NCBI GenBank assembly: GCA_965214095.1 | Contig: OZ243938.1 | Coordinates: forward strand, 1,376,001 to 1,440,000 | Direction: 5' to 3' | Origin: Candidatus Poribacteria bacterium | GTDB taxonomy: Bacteria; Poribacteria; WGA-4E; WGA-3G | DNA: 64,000 nucleotides | Part shown: piece by piece, positions 9,590 through 20,711 of the stretch | Layout of the letters: each line of letters begins with the position of its first letter | Position numbering within the stretch: the stretch's first letter is position 1 | Translations under genes and position numbers: made by a program | The notes under the pieces: generated by a model | Databases searched by the model: none | The model's input: the letters and a program-made list of their open reading frames with translations, nothing else | Told to the model about the DNA's origin: nothing

Positions 9590-10444
9590 TTACCTTTGAA
9601 AAATAGTTCCCAAGTATATTGCTGCTAAACCAACAAATATATCCCATTTCATCCAACGTTGTATGAAGGCACAACTTGATTTTGAAACATCCTTCCATAG
9701 TTGAAATCCTAAGTAAAGAAGCACAATATCTACACCAATAATAATAGTAATCAAATAGTGCCAACTATACCATCCGAATATATAAGGAACAGGACTGAAT
9801 AAAATAACTGACGACATAAAACCTATTGCTAATGTCACAGCATACCTTGGATTTTGAATAGCGAGTGTGTTTGCTTGATATTTAAGATCACCTTCAGTAT
9901 CCTCAAGGTCTTTTACAATTTCTCTTGCAGCTGTGAATAGGAATGCAAAAATGGCAGGAATAATGGTTCCTTGAATTGAACCAATTGCTACTCCACCAGA
10001 AATAAAAGTAATACCTGTCAATGTACTGACTGCTAAATTACCATAGATAGGAGTGCGCTTTAACCAGAAAGCATAGCAAACAAGCATGCCAGAAACAAGA
10101 ATGGCAATACACAGAGCATATATATTTATTATTGCCCCAAGTCCAATGGATATACCGATAAGAATAATTGAAAATGCCATTGCATTGCTGCGACCTATAC
10201 GTCCAGATGGAAGCGGACGATTCGGTTTATTAATACGGTCAATTTTATGATCACAATAGTCGTTTATTGCATTTCCGGCAGACAGCATCAAAAGTGCAGC
10301 GATGGATACAAGGATAAGATTCAGATCAGATATGATCAGAAATCTCCCGCCGGATGCAAACATACCACCTAACCATGCAGAGATGAATGCTATTATGCCA
10401 TTTAGTGGGCGCGCAAGTTGTACATAACCAATTAAAGATTTCAT
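9590..10444 (-). CDS. UbiA-family prenyltransferase, DGGGP synthase-like
   Basis: LARPLN, NAINDYCDHKIDRINKPNRPLPSG, AREIVKDLEDTEGD; multiple TM helices. Confidence 0.8.
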   Translation of the reverse strand: MKSLIGYVQLARPLNGIIAFISAWLGGMFASGGRFLIISDLNLILVSIAALLMLSAGNAINDYCDHKIDRINKPNRPLPSGRIGRSNAMAFSIILIGISIGLGAIINIYALCIAILVSGMLVCYAFWLKRTPIYGNLAVSTLTGITFISGGVAIGSIQGTIIPAIFAFLFTAAREIVKDLEDTEGDLKYQANTLAIQNPRYAVTLAIGFMSSVILFSPVPYIFGWYSWHYLITIIIGVDIVLLYLGFQLWKDVSKSSCAFIQRWMKWDIFVGLAAIYLGTIFQR

Positions 10445-10531
10445 TCTTATTCCGTCTTTACGCTTTGAACATTGATTGATTTGAAAGGAAGTGTTTACAG
10501 GTAATAGGAAGGTGGTTCTTTCAGATGCGCT

Positions 10532-11590
10532 TTAAGATTCTTTTGTTAGATTATGCAGTTTTGTTTCCAGTTCATTGATACGATCCTGAAGTTCAGTAAA
10601 CGTTTGGAGTAAGTCTGGTATTTTCCTTGCGTAGGCTTGAAATCTTAGTTCCTGTTTATGTGGTCGGGCGGGTATACCAGAGAGTTGACTTCCTGCTGGC
10701 ATGTCCTTTGTAACTGCAGACTTGGAATAAATCACACTATTTTCGCCAAGTGTAAGGTGTCCAACCACACCAGATTGTCCAGCAATGTTCACGCGGTCAC
10801 CGATCATTGTACTGCCTGCAATGCCTGATTGTGCAGCAAGACAACAATCTTTTCCAATAACGACATTGTGTGCAATTTGAACGAGGTTGTCAAGTTTAGT
10901 GCCGCTCTTGATCAAAGTTTCAGATAATGTTGCTCTGTCAATCGTAGTATTTGCACCAATTTCAACATCATCCTCAATAACAACTGTACCAATTTGTGGT
11001 ATTTTATAGGGTCTATGGTTTGCAGGATCAGGTGTAAAGCCGAATCCATCACTTCCAATCACTGCCCCACAATGAATGATTACTCGATCACCAATAGTTA
11101 CATTTTCTCGTATACTTACATTTGAATAGATTAGACCGTCATCTCCGATTTTGGTTCCATCCCCAATGTATACAAGTGGCATTATTACGGTATCATCACC
11201 GATTTCAACATTATCTCTGATTACACTGTGTGCCTGAATTGTAACGCGTTCACCGATAGTCACGTTTTCGCCAATAATTGCTGTTTCATGAATTCCTGAT
11301 ATTGTTTGTTCACTAACGCCATTAGAGAATAATTCCAACGCTCTAACAAATCCCCAATATGGATTGTCAACACAGATTGTTGCTTTCCCATTGCCAGATA
11401 CACCCTTACCAATGATTATAGCAGAAGCTTGTGTTGTTGCTATAGCTGCGAGATATTTTGCATTTGCTACAAATGTAATCTGATTTGGTTCTGCTTCATT
11501 AATCCCAGATACACCCGTAATTTCAATGTTTCCATCACCGGAAAGTTCACCACCCAGATGCTCACAAATATCTTTGAGTTTTATACTCAT
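10532..11590 (-). CDS. lpxD: UDP-3-O-acyl-glucosamine N-acyltransferase
   Basis: Hexapeptide repeats, [32 protein letters not shown]. Confidence 0.95.
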   Translation of the reverse strand: MSIKLKDICEHLGGELSGDGNIEITGVSGINEAEPNQITFVANAKYLAAIATTQASAIIIGKGVSGNGKATICVDNPYWGFVRALELFSNGVSEQTISGIHETAIIGENVTIGERVTIQAHSVIRDNVEIGDDTVIMPLVYIGDGTKIGDDGLIYSNVSIRENVTIGDRVIIHCGAVIGSDGFGFTPDPANHRPYKIPQIGTVVIEDDVEIGANTTIDRATLSETLIKSGTKLDNLVQIAHNVVIGKDCCLAAQSGIAGSTMIGDRVNIAGQSGVVGHLTLGENSVIYSKSAVTKDMPAGSQLSGIPARPHKQELRFQAYARKIPDLLQTFTELQDRINELETKLHNLTKES

Positions 11591-11654
11591 GCATTACCTC
11601 ATTTATGCGAGTTCACGGGTTAGAATGAAACTACAGTTATTTTGTTCCATTATT

Positions 11655-12236
11655 CTATTGTTCGTTTTTCTTCGTACCATCTGTAGTGTCAACAGGAATT
11701 TTAGTATCGTTCTCGGTATCCATTTCTACACCAGCATTAATTAGACCAATGAGTTTGTCAGTCATATCATATTTTTCATTCATATAAAAGACTGCTTGCT
11801 TGTCAATAATAAGGTCGTAATTTTCTTCTTTGCCTACCTTAATAATCAGTTCTTCCAATTCTTTAAGTATAGGGGTCATCTCTTCTCTGTTCTTGGCTAA
11901 GAGTGCATCTCTGCCTTGATTAAACTCTTGTTGATATTGCACTTGTAATTGTTCTATTTCCCTGACTAAAGTAGCAGTCTGTGCTTCTTCAACAAACAAC
12001 TCTGTTTTCTCTTTTTTCTCCTGCAAAGTTGAAATGTTCTCGCCAATGCCTGCCAGTTTTTCTTGCCATCGTTTTTCGGCTGCTTTTAGCATTTTATCAA
12101 CTTCTACTGCTTTACTATAGTTCACCAAAACGCGCTGTGTGTCTACTACGCCAAACATAAATGACTCTTGTCCGAGACTGCCAGACAATAAACTAAATAA
12201 CATCAATGGAAACAAAACAAAAACAAACTTTTTCAT
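11655..12236 (-). CDS. skp: OmpH/Skp periplasmic chaperone
   Basis: Signal peptide, GVVDTQRVL, coiled coil, YDLIID..DMTD; lies between bamA and lpxD. Confidence 0.85.
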   Translation of the reverse strand: MKKFVFVLFPLMLFSLLSGSLGQESFMFGVVDTQRVLVNYSKAVEVDKMLKAAEKRWQEKLAGIGENISTLQEKKEKTELFVEEAQTATLVREIEQLQVQYQQEFNQGRDALLAKNREEMTPILKELEELIIKVGKEENYDLIIDKQAVFYMNEKYDMTDKLIGLINAGVEMDTENDTKIPVDTTDGTKKNEQ

Positions 12237-12317
12237 ATTTAATCCTTTTCAATAAAACTGTTTTCAATTATACAATTGCACATAAACATATTTGCTGAAA
12301 CAATCAACAAACATCAA

Positions 12318-14777
12318 CTAAAATCCTGGACCGATGGTAAAATAGAACCTTCCACTTGGATCTCTACTTTGTCGATCAAATGCATATCCCCATCCGAAAC
12401 GAGCCAACATGCCTAACATCTGTAAACGTGCTTCCACACCTGCACCCTTTTTTAGGTTTATCTGGTTAAATGGGTTTTTTATAGTTTCATCCCAGACTTG
12501 ACCTATATCAAAAAATACGGCGGTTGTGAGTTGTGGAGATACCGGGATTCTATACTCAAAATTAGTGAAAAATACTTTGTTACCTCCGAATGGATGCGGC
12601 ACCCCAGTACCATCAGCAGGATCGGGGTATATTTCCCAATCTTCGTAGCCACGTATTGTATCTACACCTCCAAGATAAAACCTTTCGTAGAACAACACTT
12701 CAACATCCGTACTTTTACTAAGCATATATCCAGCGCGTCCATGGATAGCAAAGACATGATTCCACCAAGGATTGAAAAACCAACTTGTATCTGCTGTCCA
12801 CTTTTGGAACTGATTATCTGCACCTAAAAATCCTCCTGAATATTCATAGGAGATACTATTTGAACTACCACCCATCGGATCGTAAAGAGATGTCCGATAA
12901 TCCCGTGTGTCGCGTCCTAAAGCAAGTAAAATACTCCTTGTTGATCTATCGAATAGGTCTTCTTCCTGTGTCCTGGCTTTTACAAGTTCGTTTCGAAATC
13001 TCACTGAGAGATCAATATCAAAGGCAATTGGTCGTCCAAGTGATATTGATCCCCCTCTTGTATCCCAAACGTATCTGTCCCTCAAATAATCTTGTTGCGT
13101 TAATGCCCCAACGGTACCATAGTATCGTCTAAACCGACGGTTGTTGTATATACGTGCGTTCAATCTTGTTGGAGTTCCCAATATCCATGGTGTAGCGAAG
13201 CTGGCTTCCGCTGTATGATGATCCCGTGTTCCAAGTTCTCCTTTCAGATGCACACGATATGCACGTCCAAATAGATTATGTTGTCCAACTTCTGCGGTGC
13301 CAAAAATACCACCTTCACTACCGTATCCACCACCGACACTCAGTGTGCCAGTTGTCGGAGATTCTGCAATATTGACAACTATATTCTTACGACTATCGTT
13401 TTCAGTATCACTTGGGACAAAATCAACAGCACGTATGAATGGTCCCATTTGGAACAGACGTTGACGTGCTTTACGCAGAACTTTGACATCAAGCAATTCA
13501 TCGGATTTTATATTCAACCAATCCAATTCACGGCGTATTATTTTTTCATCGGTCTTTGTCAGACCTCTGATAGGCACATCATCAATAATTATAACATCAC
13601 CTTGATTTATTTTCAAGTTGATGTTTACCAAGGCATTCTCTTCATCAAATGTAGGAATAGGATTCACGTTAGCAAGAAGGAAACCTTTGTCAAGGTACGC
13701 TTGTCGCAACTCGTTAATGGATTCCTCAAAAATGTCTCGGTTAAATATTTCTCCTTCAGCAGGATCTAACATCCTTTTGACTTTTTCTTCTGAGAATACA
13801 ACTTTTTCTCCAGTCTCAATTTCAACGTCATACGCGCCAACTACGAATTTTGAGCCTTCATCTACCTTAATCTCAAGCATTAACCCTGTTTTGTCTTCAG
13901 TAAAACTTTTCGTGTAACCATCAATCTTAACTTGTGCAAAACCGAGGTCTTCATAGTAATTCCTAAGATTGAGACTGATATCCTCTTCTTCAAACAACAA
14001 TTCATCAAAATGCTTCCCTACACGCGTCTTCATCTTTTTTCTAAGTTTATTTGCATTTACTTGATCGTTTCCAACAAAGTTTATTTCAGAAATTCTAACA
14101 CGTGGTCCCTCATTAATTTCAAAGGTTACCTGAGTGGTGTTTTCTTCTTTGTTGTTATCTAAATGCACCTGAATGCTTACAAGGTAAAACCCTTTTTCGT
14201 GGTAAACTTTCCTGATTCCACGTTCACTTTCCCACAGGAGACGTTCCCCGAATATTTCTGAACGTCGTAAAGTGACTTTGTCCATCAGTTTGCCAGTATC
14301 CAATTCTTCATTTCCAATAATAGTTATACCTTGTACCTTAGGACTTTCATCAAGTAAGTAGGTAACCTCATAACCACCTTCTTCAAGGCGTGACACATCT
14401 ACTTTAATGTCTGCAAAGAATCCTGTATCCTTATATAAGTTCTCAATATCTTTTGTTATAGTCTCAACAATATCAGACAATTCCATTCCGATGTGTGTTT
14501 GAATAAGTGTCAGCAACATCTCTTTACGGAGTGATTCAACCCCTTTGAAATCAATTGTTTTTATTTTAAATGTATCATCTAATGTATCATCTGCTGGTTC
14601 TTCGGTCGAATCATGATCTTGAATATCAGACGTTTGCGTTTCCTCCGCGGGTATAGGACCGAAAGGAGTATCTGCAGATTCACCTGCGAGTATGACTGTG
14701 TTGGGAAGGACAAATAGAATAGCCGTAATGATAATATAATAAAAGACTTTCTGGATGGAATCTTTGATGCATTTCAA
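12318..14777 (-). CDS. bamA: Outer membrane protein assembly factor BamA
   Basis: POTRA repeats, NLFGRA, FYLGGVDTIRGY, C-terminal Phe. Confidence 0.93.
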   Translation of the reverse strand: MKCIKDSIQKVFYYIIITAILFVLPNTVILAGESADTPFGPIPAEETQTSDIQDHDSTEEPADDTLDDTFKIKTIDFKGVESLRKEMLLTLIQTHIGMELSDIVETITKDIENLYKDTGFFADIKVDVSRLEEGGYEVTYLLDESPKVQGITIIGNEELDTGKLMDKVTLRRSEIFGERLLWESERGIRKVYHEKGFYLVSIQVHLDNNKEENTTQVTFEINEGPRVRISEINFVGNDQVNANKLRKKMKTRVGKHFDELLFEEEDISLNLRNYYEDLGFAQVKIDGYTKSFTEDKTGLMLEIKVDEGSKFVVGAYDVEIETGEKVVFSEEKVKRMLDPAEGEIFNRDIFEESINELRQAYLDKGFLLANVNPIPTFDEENALVNINLKINQGDVIIIDDVPIRGLTKTDEKIIRRELDWLNIKSDELLDVKVLRKARQRLFQMGPFIRAVDFVPSDTENDSRKNIVVNIAESPTTGTLSVGGGYGSEGGIFGTAEVGQHNLFGRAYRVHLKGELGTRDHHTAEASFATPWILGTPTRLNARIYNNRRFRRYYGTVGALTQQDYLRDRYVWDTRGGSISLGRPIAFDIDLSVRFRNELVKARTQEEDLFDRSTRSILLALGRDTRDYRTSLYDPMGGSSNSISYEYSGGFLGADNQFQKWTADTSWFFNPWWNHVFAIHGRAGYMLSKSTDVEVLFYERFYLGGVDTIRGYEDWEIYPDPADGTGVPHPFGGNKVFFTNFEYRIPVSPQLTTAVFFDIGQVWDETIKNPFNQINLKKGAGVEARLQMLGMLARFGWGYAFDRQSRDPSGRFYFTIGPGF

Positions 14778-14840
14778 GGTAGTGTTCTCCTTAATAATTG
14801 TTTTTCTCAGTGTCTGTTTTCAAAACTGTATAAATATTAC

Positions 14841-15722
14841 TTAAACACCCTCACGGAATATTGGAGTTCCAAAATTGTTTGCAAAATGTCTGAATGCTGC
14901 GATTAATTTTTGTGTGACTATTCCCGGTTCTCCATTACCAATAATTCGTTGGTCAAGTTTGACAACTGGAATGACTTCAGCTGCCGTTCCAGTTAGGAAA
15001 CATTCATCAGCAATGTATATGTCATGACGAGTGAAAACGCGTTCTTCTACTTCAAATCCTGCCTCATGTGCAAGCGTTATGACGCAATTACGGGTTACAC
15101 CTTCCAGTATTCCGATATGTGATGGTGGCGTAATAATTGTTTCATTCTTTACCAGAAAGATATTATCGCCACTACATTCTACAACATATCCGTCATTATT
15201 CAACATCAGTGCTTCAACAACTCCTGATTGTTTTGCTTCAATTTTTGCGAGTATATTATTCAGGTAGTTTAGAGATTTTATTCTTGGATTGATGGCTTCA
15301 GGATAATTTCGTCTTACTGATACAGTAACAATTTCCAGTCCATCTTCATAATAATTCTGTGGGTATAAAGCAATCTTATCTGCAATAATTATGATAGATG
15401 GATTTCGACATTTGTCCGGATCAAGACCTAAATCACCAATTCCCCGTGTTACGATTAATCTAATGTACCCTTCTCGAAGTTCATTACGACGAAGTGTTTC
15501 AAGCACAGCCTGCCTTAACTCATCAATCTGAATCGGTATTTTTAACATGAGTGATTTGGCAGAATCATAAAGTCTTTCTAAGTGTTCGTCAAGTTTAAAG
15601 ACATATCCGTTATAGCATCGGATTCCTTCAAAAACGCCATCTCCATAGAGTAGACCGTGATCAAACACAGATATTTTTGCTTCTTCAGACGGTAGATATT
15701 TTCCGTCTAGATATATCAACAT
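14841..15722 (-). CDS. ilvE: Branched-chain amino acid aminotransferase
   Basis: DHGLLYGDGVFEGIR, KSLNYLN, ILEGVTR, FLTGTAAEV. Confidence 0.93.
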   Translation of the reverse strand: MLIYLDGKYLPSEEAKISVFDHGLLYGDGVFEGIRCYNGYVFKLDEHLERLYDSAKSLMLKIPIQIDELRQAVLETLRRNELREGYIRLIVTRGIGDLGLDPDKCRNPSIIIIADKIALYPQNYYEDGLEIVTVSVRRNYPEAINPRIKSLNYLNNILAKIEAKQSGVVEALMLNNDGYVVECSGDNIFLVKNETIITPPSHIGILEGVTRNCVITLAHEAGFEVEERVFTRHDIYIADECFLTGTAAEVIPVVKLDQRIIGNGEPGIVTQKLIAAFRHFANNFGTPIFREGV

Positions 15723-15760
15723 ATCAAACCCTTCCTATACCCAAAATATATTTCTTATTT

Positions 15761-16468
15761 TTACTCAGCTATTCTCCCATCTACGAGGTGTACTGTCCGT
15801 TTTGCCCGTTCAGATATACGTGAATCATGAGTTACAATGATAAATGTCTGGTTAAGTCGTTCATTTACTTCCAATAATAAATCAAGGACGGCATCACTTG
15901 TTTTGTCGTCTATGTTCCCAGTCGGTTCATCGGCAAGTACGACTTTTGGATTATTCATCAAAGCGCGTGCAATCGCAACACGTTGACGTTCGCCACCTGA
16001 AAGTTGACTCGGATAATGGTTAAGCCGTTCAGATAGACCAACGTTTTCAAGGAGATGTTCTGCATTCTGATATACTTCTTGAGTTGTTGAACTTTTTCCA
16101 TCCAAGGAACCTACATTTTTGGAATTTCTTATTAATCTACTCATTGCTACATTTTCTAATGCAGTAAATTCTGGCAGCATCTGATGAAACTGGAATACAA
16201 AACCGATTGCATCATTTCTGAATAGTGTTAGTTCATTTTCTGAAAATATAGTTATGTCCTGTTCATCATAAAAAATACTACCCTCTGTTGGTCTATCAAG
16301 TGTACCAATGATGTGCAACAGAGTACTCTTCCCAACACCAGATGCCCCCATTATAACCAGTATATCAGATTCATGTACATCAAGATTCACACCCTTGAGT
16401 ACTTTTAGTTCTGAATCACCATCATAAAAGGATTTGTGTAAATTGTCAATTCTAATTTGTTTGTCCAT
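15761..16468 (-). CDS. lolD: Lipoprotein-releasing system ATP-binding protein
   Basis: GASGVGKST, GFVFQFH (LolD motif), LSGGERQR; adjacent to lolC/E. Confidence 0.88.
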   Translation of the reverse strand: MDKQIRIDNLHKSFYDGDSELKVLKGVNLDVHESDILVIMGASGVGKSTLLHIIGTLDRPTEGSIFYDEQDITIFSENELTLFRNDAIGFVFQFHQMLPEFTALENVAMSRLIRNSKNVGSLDGKSSTTQEVYQNAEHLLENVGLSERLNHYPSQLSGGERQRVAIARALMNNPKVVLADEPTGNIDDKTSDAVLDLLLEVNERLNQTFIIVTHDSRISERAKRTVHLVDGRIAE

Positions 16469-16509
16469 AGATGTTTAAGTGAATTCCAAACTATAATTAT
16501 TACAAAAAA

Positions 16510-17985
16510 TTATTCGTACTGCAATGCTTCAATCGGTTTTAAGTTTGATGCCTGCCATGCCGGATAGATAGTTGCAAACCAGCAGATGACAAATGAAAGC
16601 AAGTTGATAAAACAGACAAAAAACCAATTGACTCGTATCGGTAGTTGATTCATCTGATATATTTCGCTAAAACCCAATTCCTTCAGCGAAATTGGCGTAA
16701 CAAAGCAAAATAGCGCAAAACATATCCCAAGTAACCATAATAGTACCATTCCGATTTTCCTTACTTTTGGAGATTGTAATTGTAACAATCTGCTGTAAAC
16801 AAGGACGATCTGTGCAATGATAAGTATGGCAATAGTTCCTAACGCAATCCAAAAAGACGGACGTACGATATTTGTACTCAATAACCAGCATAATCCAAGT
16901 CCTAATCCTGTGCCAGCAAACGTTCCTAACATTCCAATCACACTACCTTGAATCATGAATATTTTCATTATATTGCCTCTTGATGCCCCAAGAGTACGTA
17001 GGGTTCCAACGTCTCGTGTCTTCTCCATAACCGTCATTATCAATGTGCTTGCGATGTTAAAGGCTGCGACCAGAATAATCAGTGCTTCTATTATAACTGT
17101 AGCAATCTTCTCCATTTTCAATGCTGCGAACAGTGGTGCATGAGTATCTAACCAAGTGGTTGTATACGGAACTTCAAATGTGGTCGAAAACTGAGCGGCA
17201 TCTTCTATATTCTGACTCAGTGCAGGTGCCTTTTCTTCATCTTCTAACCGCACAAAAATGGCATTAACTTTACCTACATTTTCATATTTTTCCTGTGCAG
17301 TGTCTAAATCAATATATCCAATCCTGCTGTCATATATTGCAAGTTCAGACTCATATATACCGATGACAACAAAGTTCGCAAAGTCCACGAAAAGTGTTGG
17401 GGAACCGACACTCCCAGGGTTTTCTTCTAATTTCACTACGAGACGTAAGACATCGCCTACTGTTAAACCTAACTGACTCGCTAATCTGAAACCTAAGACA
17501 ATTCCTCCAGAAATTGTTTCACCTTCCGTAAGTTCTGCAAGTTCAATTAATGGTGAAGTTTGGAAATCTACTGAACCAGTTACATATTGTGAAAAACCTG
17601 TAACTTTGTCTTCTTGTTCAAGGTCGATCCCTTTGACAAGAATGGCATCTGTAATACTTTTTTGCCCTGTTTGAAACACTCCCATTTGTGAAAACACAAC
17701 TGGAGATGCTGCCTCTACCCCCTCGACCTGTGTAATTCGGTCAATTCTATTCTGATAATCACTAAAGAACCTATTGCCATCCAACCTTAGCACGACGTGC
17801 GCTTCATTTGCAAGGAACCGTTCTCTAAGTCCATGTTCAACACCATCAAGCACAGCAATTACTAAGATTACAGTTGCAACACCGAGACCAACACCAGCAA
17901 TTGAGATAACACTTATGATTGAGATAAAAGATTGTTTTCGTCGTGAAAGTAGGTACCTTGAGGCTACAAACCATTCAAATTTCAT
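16510..17985 (-). CDS. Lipoprotein-releasing system permease LolC/E
   Basis: FVASRYL..FISIIS, LVAAFNIASTL, ATIYPAWQA..PIEALQYE. Confidence 0.88.
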   Translation of the reverse strand: MKFEWFVASRYLLSRRKQSFISIISVISIAGVGLGVATVILVIAVLDGVEHGLRERFLANEAHVVLRLDGNRFFSDYQNRIDRITQVEGVEAASPVVFSQMGVFQTGQKSITDAILVKGIDLEQEDKVTGFSQYVTGSVDFQTSPLIELAELTEGETISGGIVLGFRLASQLGLTVGDVLRLVVKLEENPGSVGSPTLFVDFANFVVIGIYESELAIYDSRIGYIDLDTAQEKYENVGKVNAIFVRLEDEEKAPALSQNIEDAAQFSTTFEVPYTTTWLDTHAPLFAALKMEKIATVIIEALIILVAAFNIASTLIMTVMEKTRDVGTLRTLGASRGNIMKIFMIQGSVIGMLGTFAGTGLGLGLCWLLSTNIVRPSFWIALGTIAILIIAQIVLVYSRLLQLQSPKVRKIGMVLLWLLGICFALFCFVTPISLKELGFSEIYQMNQLPIRVNWFFVCFINLLSFVICWFATIYPAWQASNLKPIEALQYE

Positions 17986-18046
17986 GTATTTATTTTATTT
18001 TATTTACAGATTTAAAAGGCATCTGTAGCCTATTTTGTTATATTCT

Positions 18047-18607
18047 TTATTCAGTGAATGGGTTGTTATGAATGTTGTATTTTACCAAATCTTCAAGCAC
18101 ACCCCACCTTTCTACAGCTTTAGGAAAGCATTCTTCAAATTGCATTCCAACCTTCTCTAATACTCTACCGGAAGCAGGATTGCGCTTTAGATAGAAGGCG
18201 TGGATACTTCTTAATTTTAAAACGTCAAATGCATAAGAAAGGATTACTTGAGCTGCCTCTGTACAATAGCCACAGTTCCAATAAGGTTTGCCGATCCAAT
18301 ATCCAAGTTCACCTATTTTATCAATGTTGTCTATTTCTACGCTGATAGCTCCTATAAACTTTGTATTACTTGATACGTCTGTATCCTTAAGAGTAATTGC
18401 TAAATTGAGTCCGCTGCCATTTTCAAAAACTCCTACATGCCTATTGATCCATTCCTCTGCCATTCCGTCTTCATAAGGATGCGGTATAGCACAGGTTGTT
18501 GACGCAATGTCTTTATCACCAGCAAGTCTTTGAACATCTGCTGCATCGTCAAGTGTAAAGGGACGAAGTGTCAATCTTTCTGTATGGAGTGTTGGAATTG
18601 CCTTCAT
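18047..18607 (-). CDS. GNAT N-acetyltransferase (RimJ/RimL-like)
   Basis: LHTERLTLRPF, ELGYWIG..YWNCGYCTEAA, NPASGRVLEKVG. Confidence 0.9.
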   Translation of the reverse strand: MKAIPTLHTERLTLRPFTLDDAADVQRLAGDKDIASTTCAIPHPYEDGMAEEWINRHVGVFENGSGLNLAITLKDTDVSSNTKFIGAISVEIDNIDKIGELGYWIGKPYWNCGYCTEAAQVILSYAFDVLKLRSIHAFYLKRNPASGRVLEKVGMQFEECFPKAVERWGVLEDLVKYNIHNNPFTE

Positions 18608-19158
18608 ATTTCTTCATACTCATTCTTTGACAAAGTATATCCGACCAGATCTTCCACCTTCCCCCAATGTTCTGTATCATTAGGAAAGTAATCCCAATAA
18701 CGCATTCCTATTTTTTGTAGCACCCGTCCGGATGCGGGGTTTCGTTTGAAATGGTAAGCAAGAATTTGATCCAAATTGCATTCACGAAACCCATATCTGA
18801 TGACAACTTTAGCAGCTTCTGTACAGTATCCACAGTTCCAAAAACTTTCTCCAATCCAATACCCAAGTTCCGCATCATTGTATGGTAGGTGTCGACGTAT
18901 TTGCAACTCAACATTACCGATCAAAGTTCCATTGGATCTAAGTGTAACAGCAAAGTTGGGACCATTTTTTTCATTAAATTCTTTACCCCATCTCCTAATC
19001 TCTTCTACTGCCATTCCTTCAATATATGGATACTCAATACATTGTATTGTTGATGCAACATTAGGGTTCCACGCAAGTCTTTTCACATCAGATGCATCTT
19101 CAAGTTTAAATGAACGCAGGATTAACCTTTCTGTGTGTAAAGTAGGTGCAGTTTTCAC
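18604..19158 (-). CDS. GNAT N-acetyltransferase, tandem paralogue
   Basis: Same motifs as its neighbour; likely GTG start at 19158 just after the lysS stop. Confidence 0.88.
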   Translation of the reverse strand: MKTAPTLHTERLILRSFKLEDASDVKRLAWNPNVASTIQCIEYPYIEGMAVEEIRRWGKEFNEKNGPNFAVTLRSNGTLIGNVELQIRRHLPYNDAELGYWIGESFWNCGYCTEAAKVVIRYGFRECNLDQILAYHFKRNPASGRVLQKIGMRYWDYFPNDTEHWGKVEDLVGYTLSKNEYEEI

Positions 19159-19159
19159 T

Positions 19160-20632
19160 TTAGTTTTCCGGACGCATTTGGGGAAACAGAATAACATCAC
19201 GAATAGAATATTGATCGGTCAATAACATAGTTAACCTGTCAATTCCAATTCCGAGTCCACCTGTTGGAGGCATACCGTATTCCAATGCACGTAAGTAATC
19301 TTCGTCAACCATAAATGCTTCTTCGTCACCCTTGGCTAAGTTGCTTGCCTGTTCCATAAAACGTTGTCTTTGGTCAATCGGATCATTCAGTTCACTAAAG
19401 GCATTACCAAGTTCCATCCCACAAACAAAGAATTCAAAACGTTCAACAAAATCAGGATTTTCTGGTTTCTTCTTTGCAAATGGTGATACTTCTATAGGAT
19501 AGTCATAAATAAATGTCGGTTGAATCAGTTTAGACTCAACAAATACATCAAATAGTTCAGCGATGATTTCACCCCTCGGTTCGTCACCATCTAATTCAAT
19601 ACCTGAGTCAACTGCAGTTGAGTGTAGTTCATGTGCAGATAACGATTCAGGATCAAATGAACTATATTTTTGGATAGACTCAATCATACTCATTCTATCC
19701 CAAGGTGGTGCGAAATCTATTTCCTGTTCCTGATAGGTGATTTTTGTTGTTCCATGAAGTTCCTCTACTGTTTGAGCAATCAGGTTTTCTGTTAACTCCA
19801 TTATTTCTTTGTAGTCAGCGTACGCCTGATAGAGTTCTAACATCGTGAATTCGGGGTTATGGTCTCGGTCCATCCCCTCATTCCGGAAGTCTTTCGAAAA
19901 CTCATACACTCTGTCAAATCCACCTACGATAAGTCGTTTCAAGTATAATTCATTTGCAATTCGGAGATAGAGTGATTGGTCTAAGGTATTATGATATGTT
20001 GTGAATGGACGTGCACTCGCTCCACCGTAGATTGGTTGAAGGACTGGTGTCTCAACTTCAATAAATTCGCGTTCGTTGAGCATATCACGTATGGATTGCA
20101 CAATCTTTGTCCGTTGGACAAATACTTCTTTCACCTCAGGATTCATGATGAGATCAGCATATCGTTGCCTGTAACGTGTCTGCTTATCTTGCAATCCGTG
20201 CCATTTTTCTGGGAGTGGTCGGATAGATTTTGAGAGGAGTTCAACCGAATCTACGAGAATCGTTAGTTCACCTGTGCGTGTCCGAAAGACTACTCCTGAT
20301 GCCCCGATAATATCACCAACATCAAATCGACGATATATGATGTAAGAATCGGCACCGACTCCATCACGTCGGACATAAATCTGAATCTGTCCAGTACTAT
20401 CCTGCAAATTGACAAAACTACTTTTCCCATGATCGCGTTTCGTCATTATCCTGCCAGCAACAGTGACGCGGTGGGTTTCATCAGGCGTTTCAGTAACTTC
20501 ATCATATTCTTCACGGATATCTAATGTTGTATGGGTCGGGGCATATTGATGTGGATAAGGGTCAATACCTGCTTTACGGATTTCATTCAATTTCTCTTTG
20601 CGTTGACGCATTAAGTCGTTTGTTTCTTCCAT
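19160..20632 (-). CDS. lysS: Lysine--tRNA ligase (class II)
   Basis: LPEKWHGL, RYRQRY, GGASARPF, FRNEG, YGMPPTGGLGIGIDR. Confidence 0.97.
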   Translation of the reverse strand: MEETNDLMRQRKEKLNEIRKAGIDPYPHQYAPTHTTLDIREEYDEVTETPDETHRVTVAGRIMTKRDHGKSSFVNLQDSTGQIQIYVRRDGVGADSYIIYRRFDVGDIIGASGVVFRTRTGELTILVDSVELLSKSIRPLPEKWHGLQDKQTRYRQRYADLIMNPEVKEVFVQRTKIVQSIRDMLNEREFIEVETPVLQPIYGGASARPFTTYHNTLDQSLYLRIANELYLKRLIVGGFDRVYEFSKDFRNEGMDRDHNPEFTMLELYQAYADYKEIMELTENLIAQTVEELHGTTKITYQEQEIDFAPPWDRMSMIESIQKYSSFDPESLSAHELHSTAVDSGIELDGDEPRGEIIAELFDVFVESKLIQPTFIYDYPIEVSPFAKKKPENPDFVERFEFFVCGMELGNAFSELNDPIDQRQRFMEQASNLAKGDEEAFMVDEDYLRALEYGMPPTGGLGIGIDRLTMLLTDQYSIRDVILFPQMRPEN

Positions 20633-20711
20633 ATCTCTACCCTCCTTTCTTTTTTAAGACCATATTAATTATACTCTCATTTTCTGTCTAATGCAATATG
20701 AAAACAGATAA

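Noticed and set aside
18047-19158. Tandem GNATs next to lysS as a toxin-antitoxin module
   Set aside because: RimJ/RimL-type motifs and no antitoxin ORF; a simple duplication is sufficient
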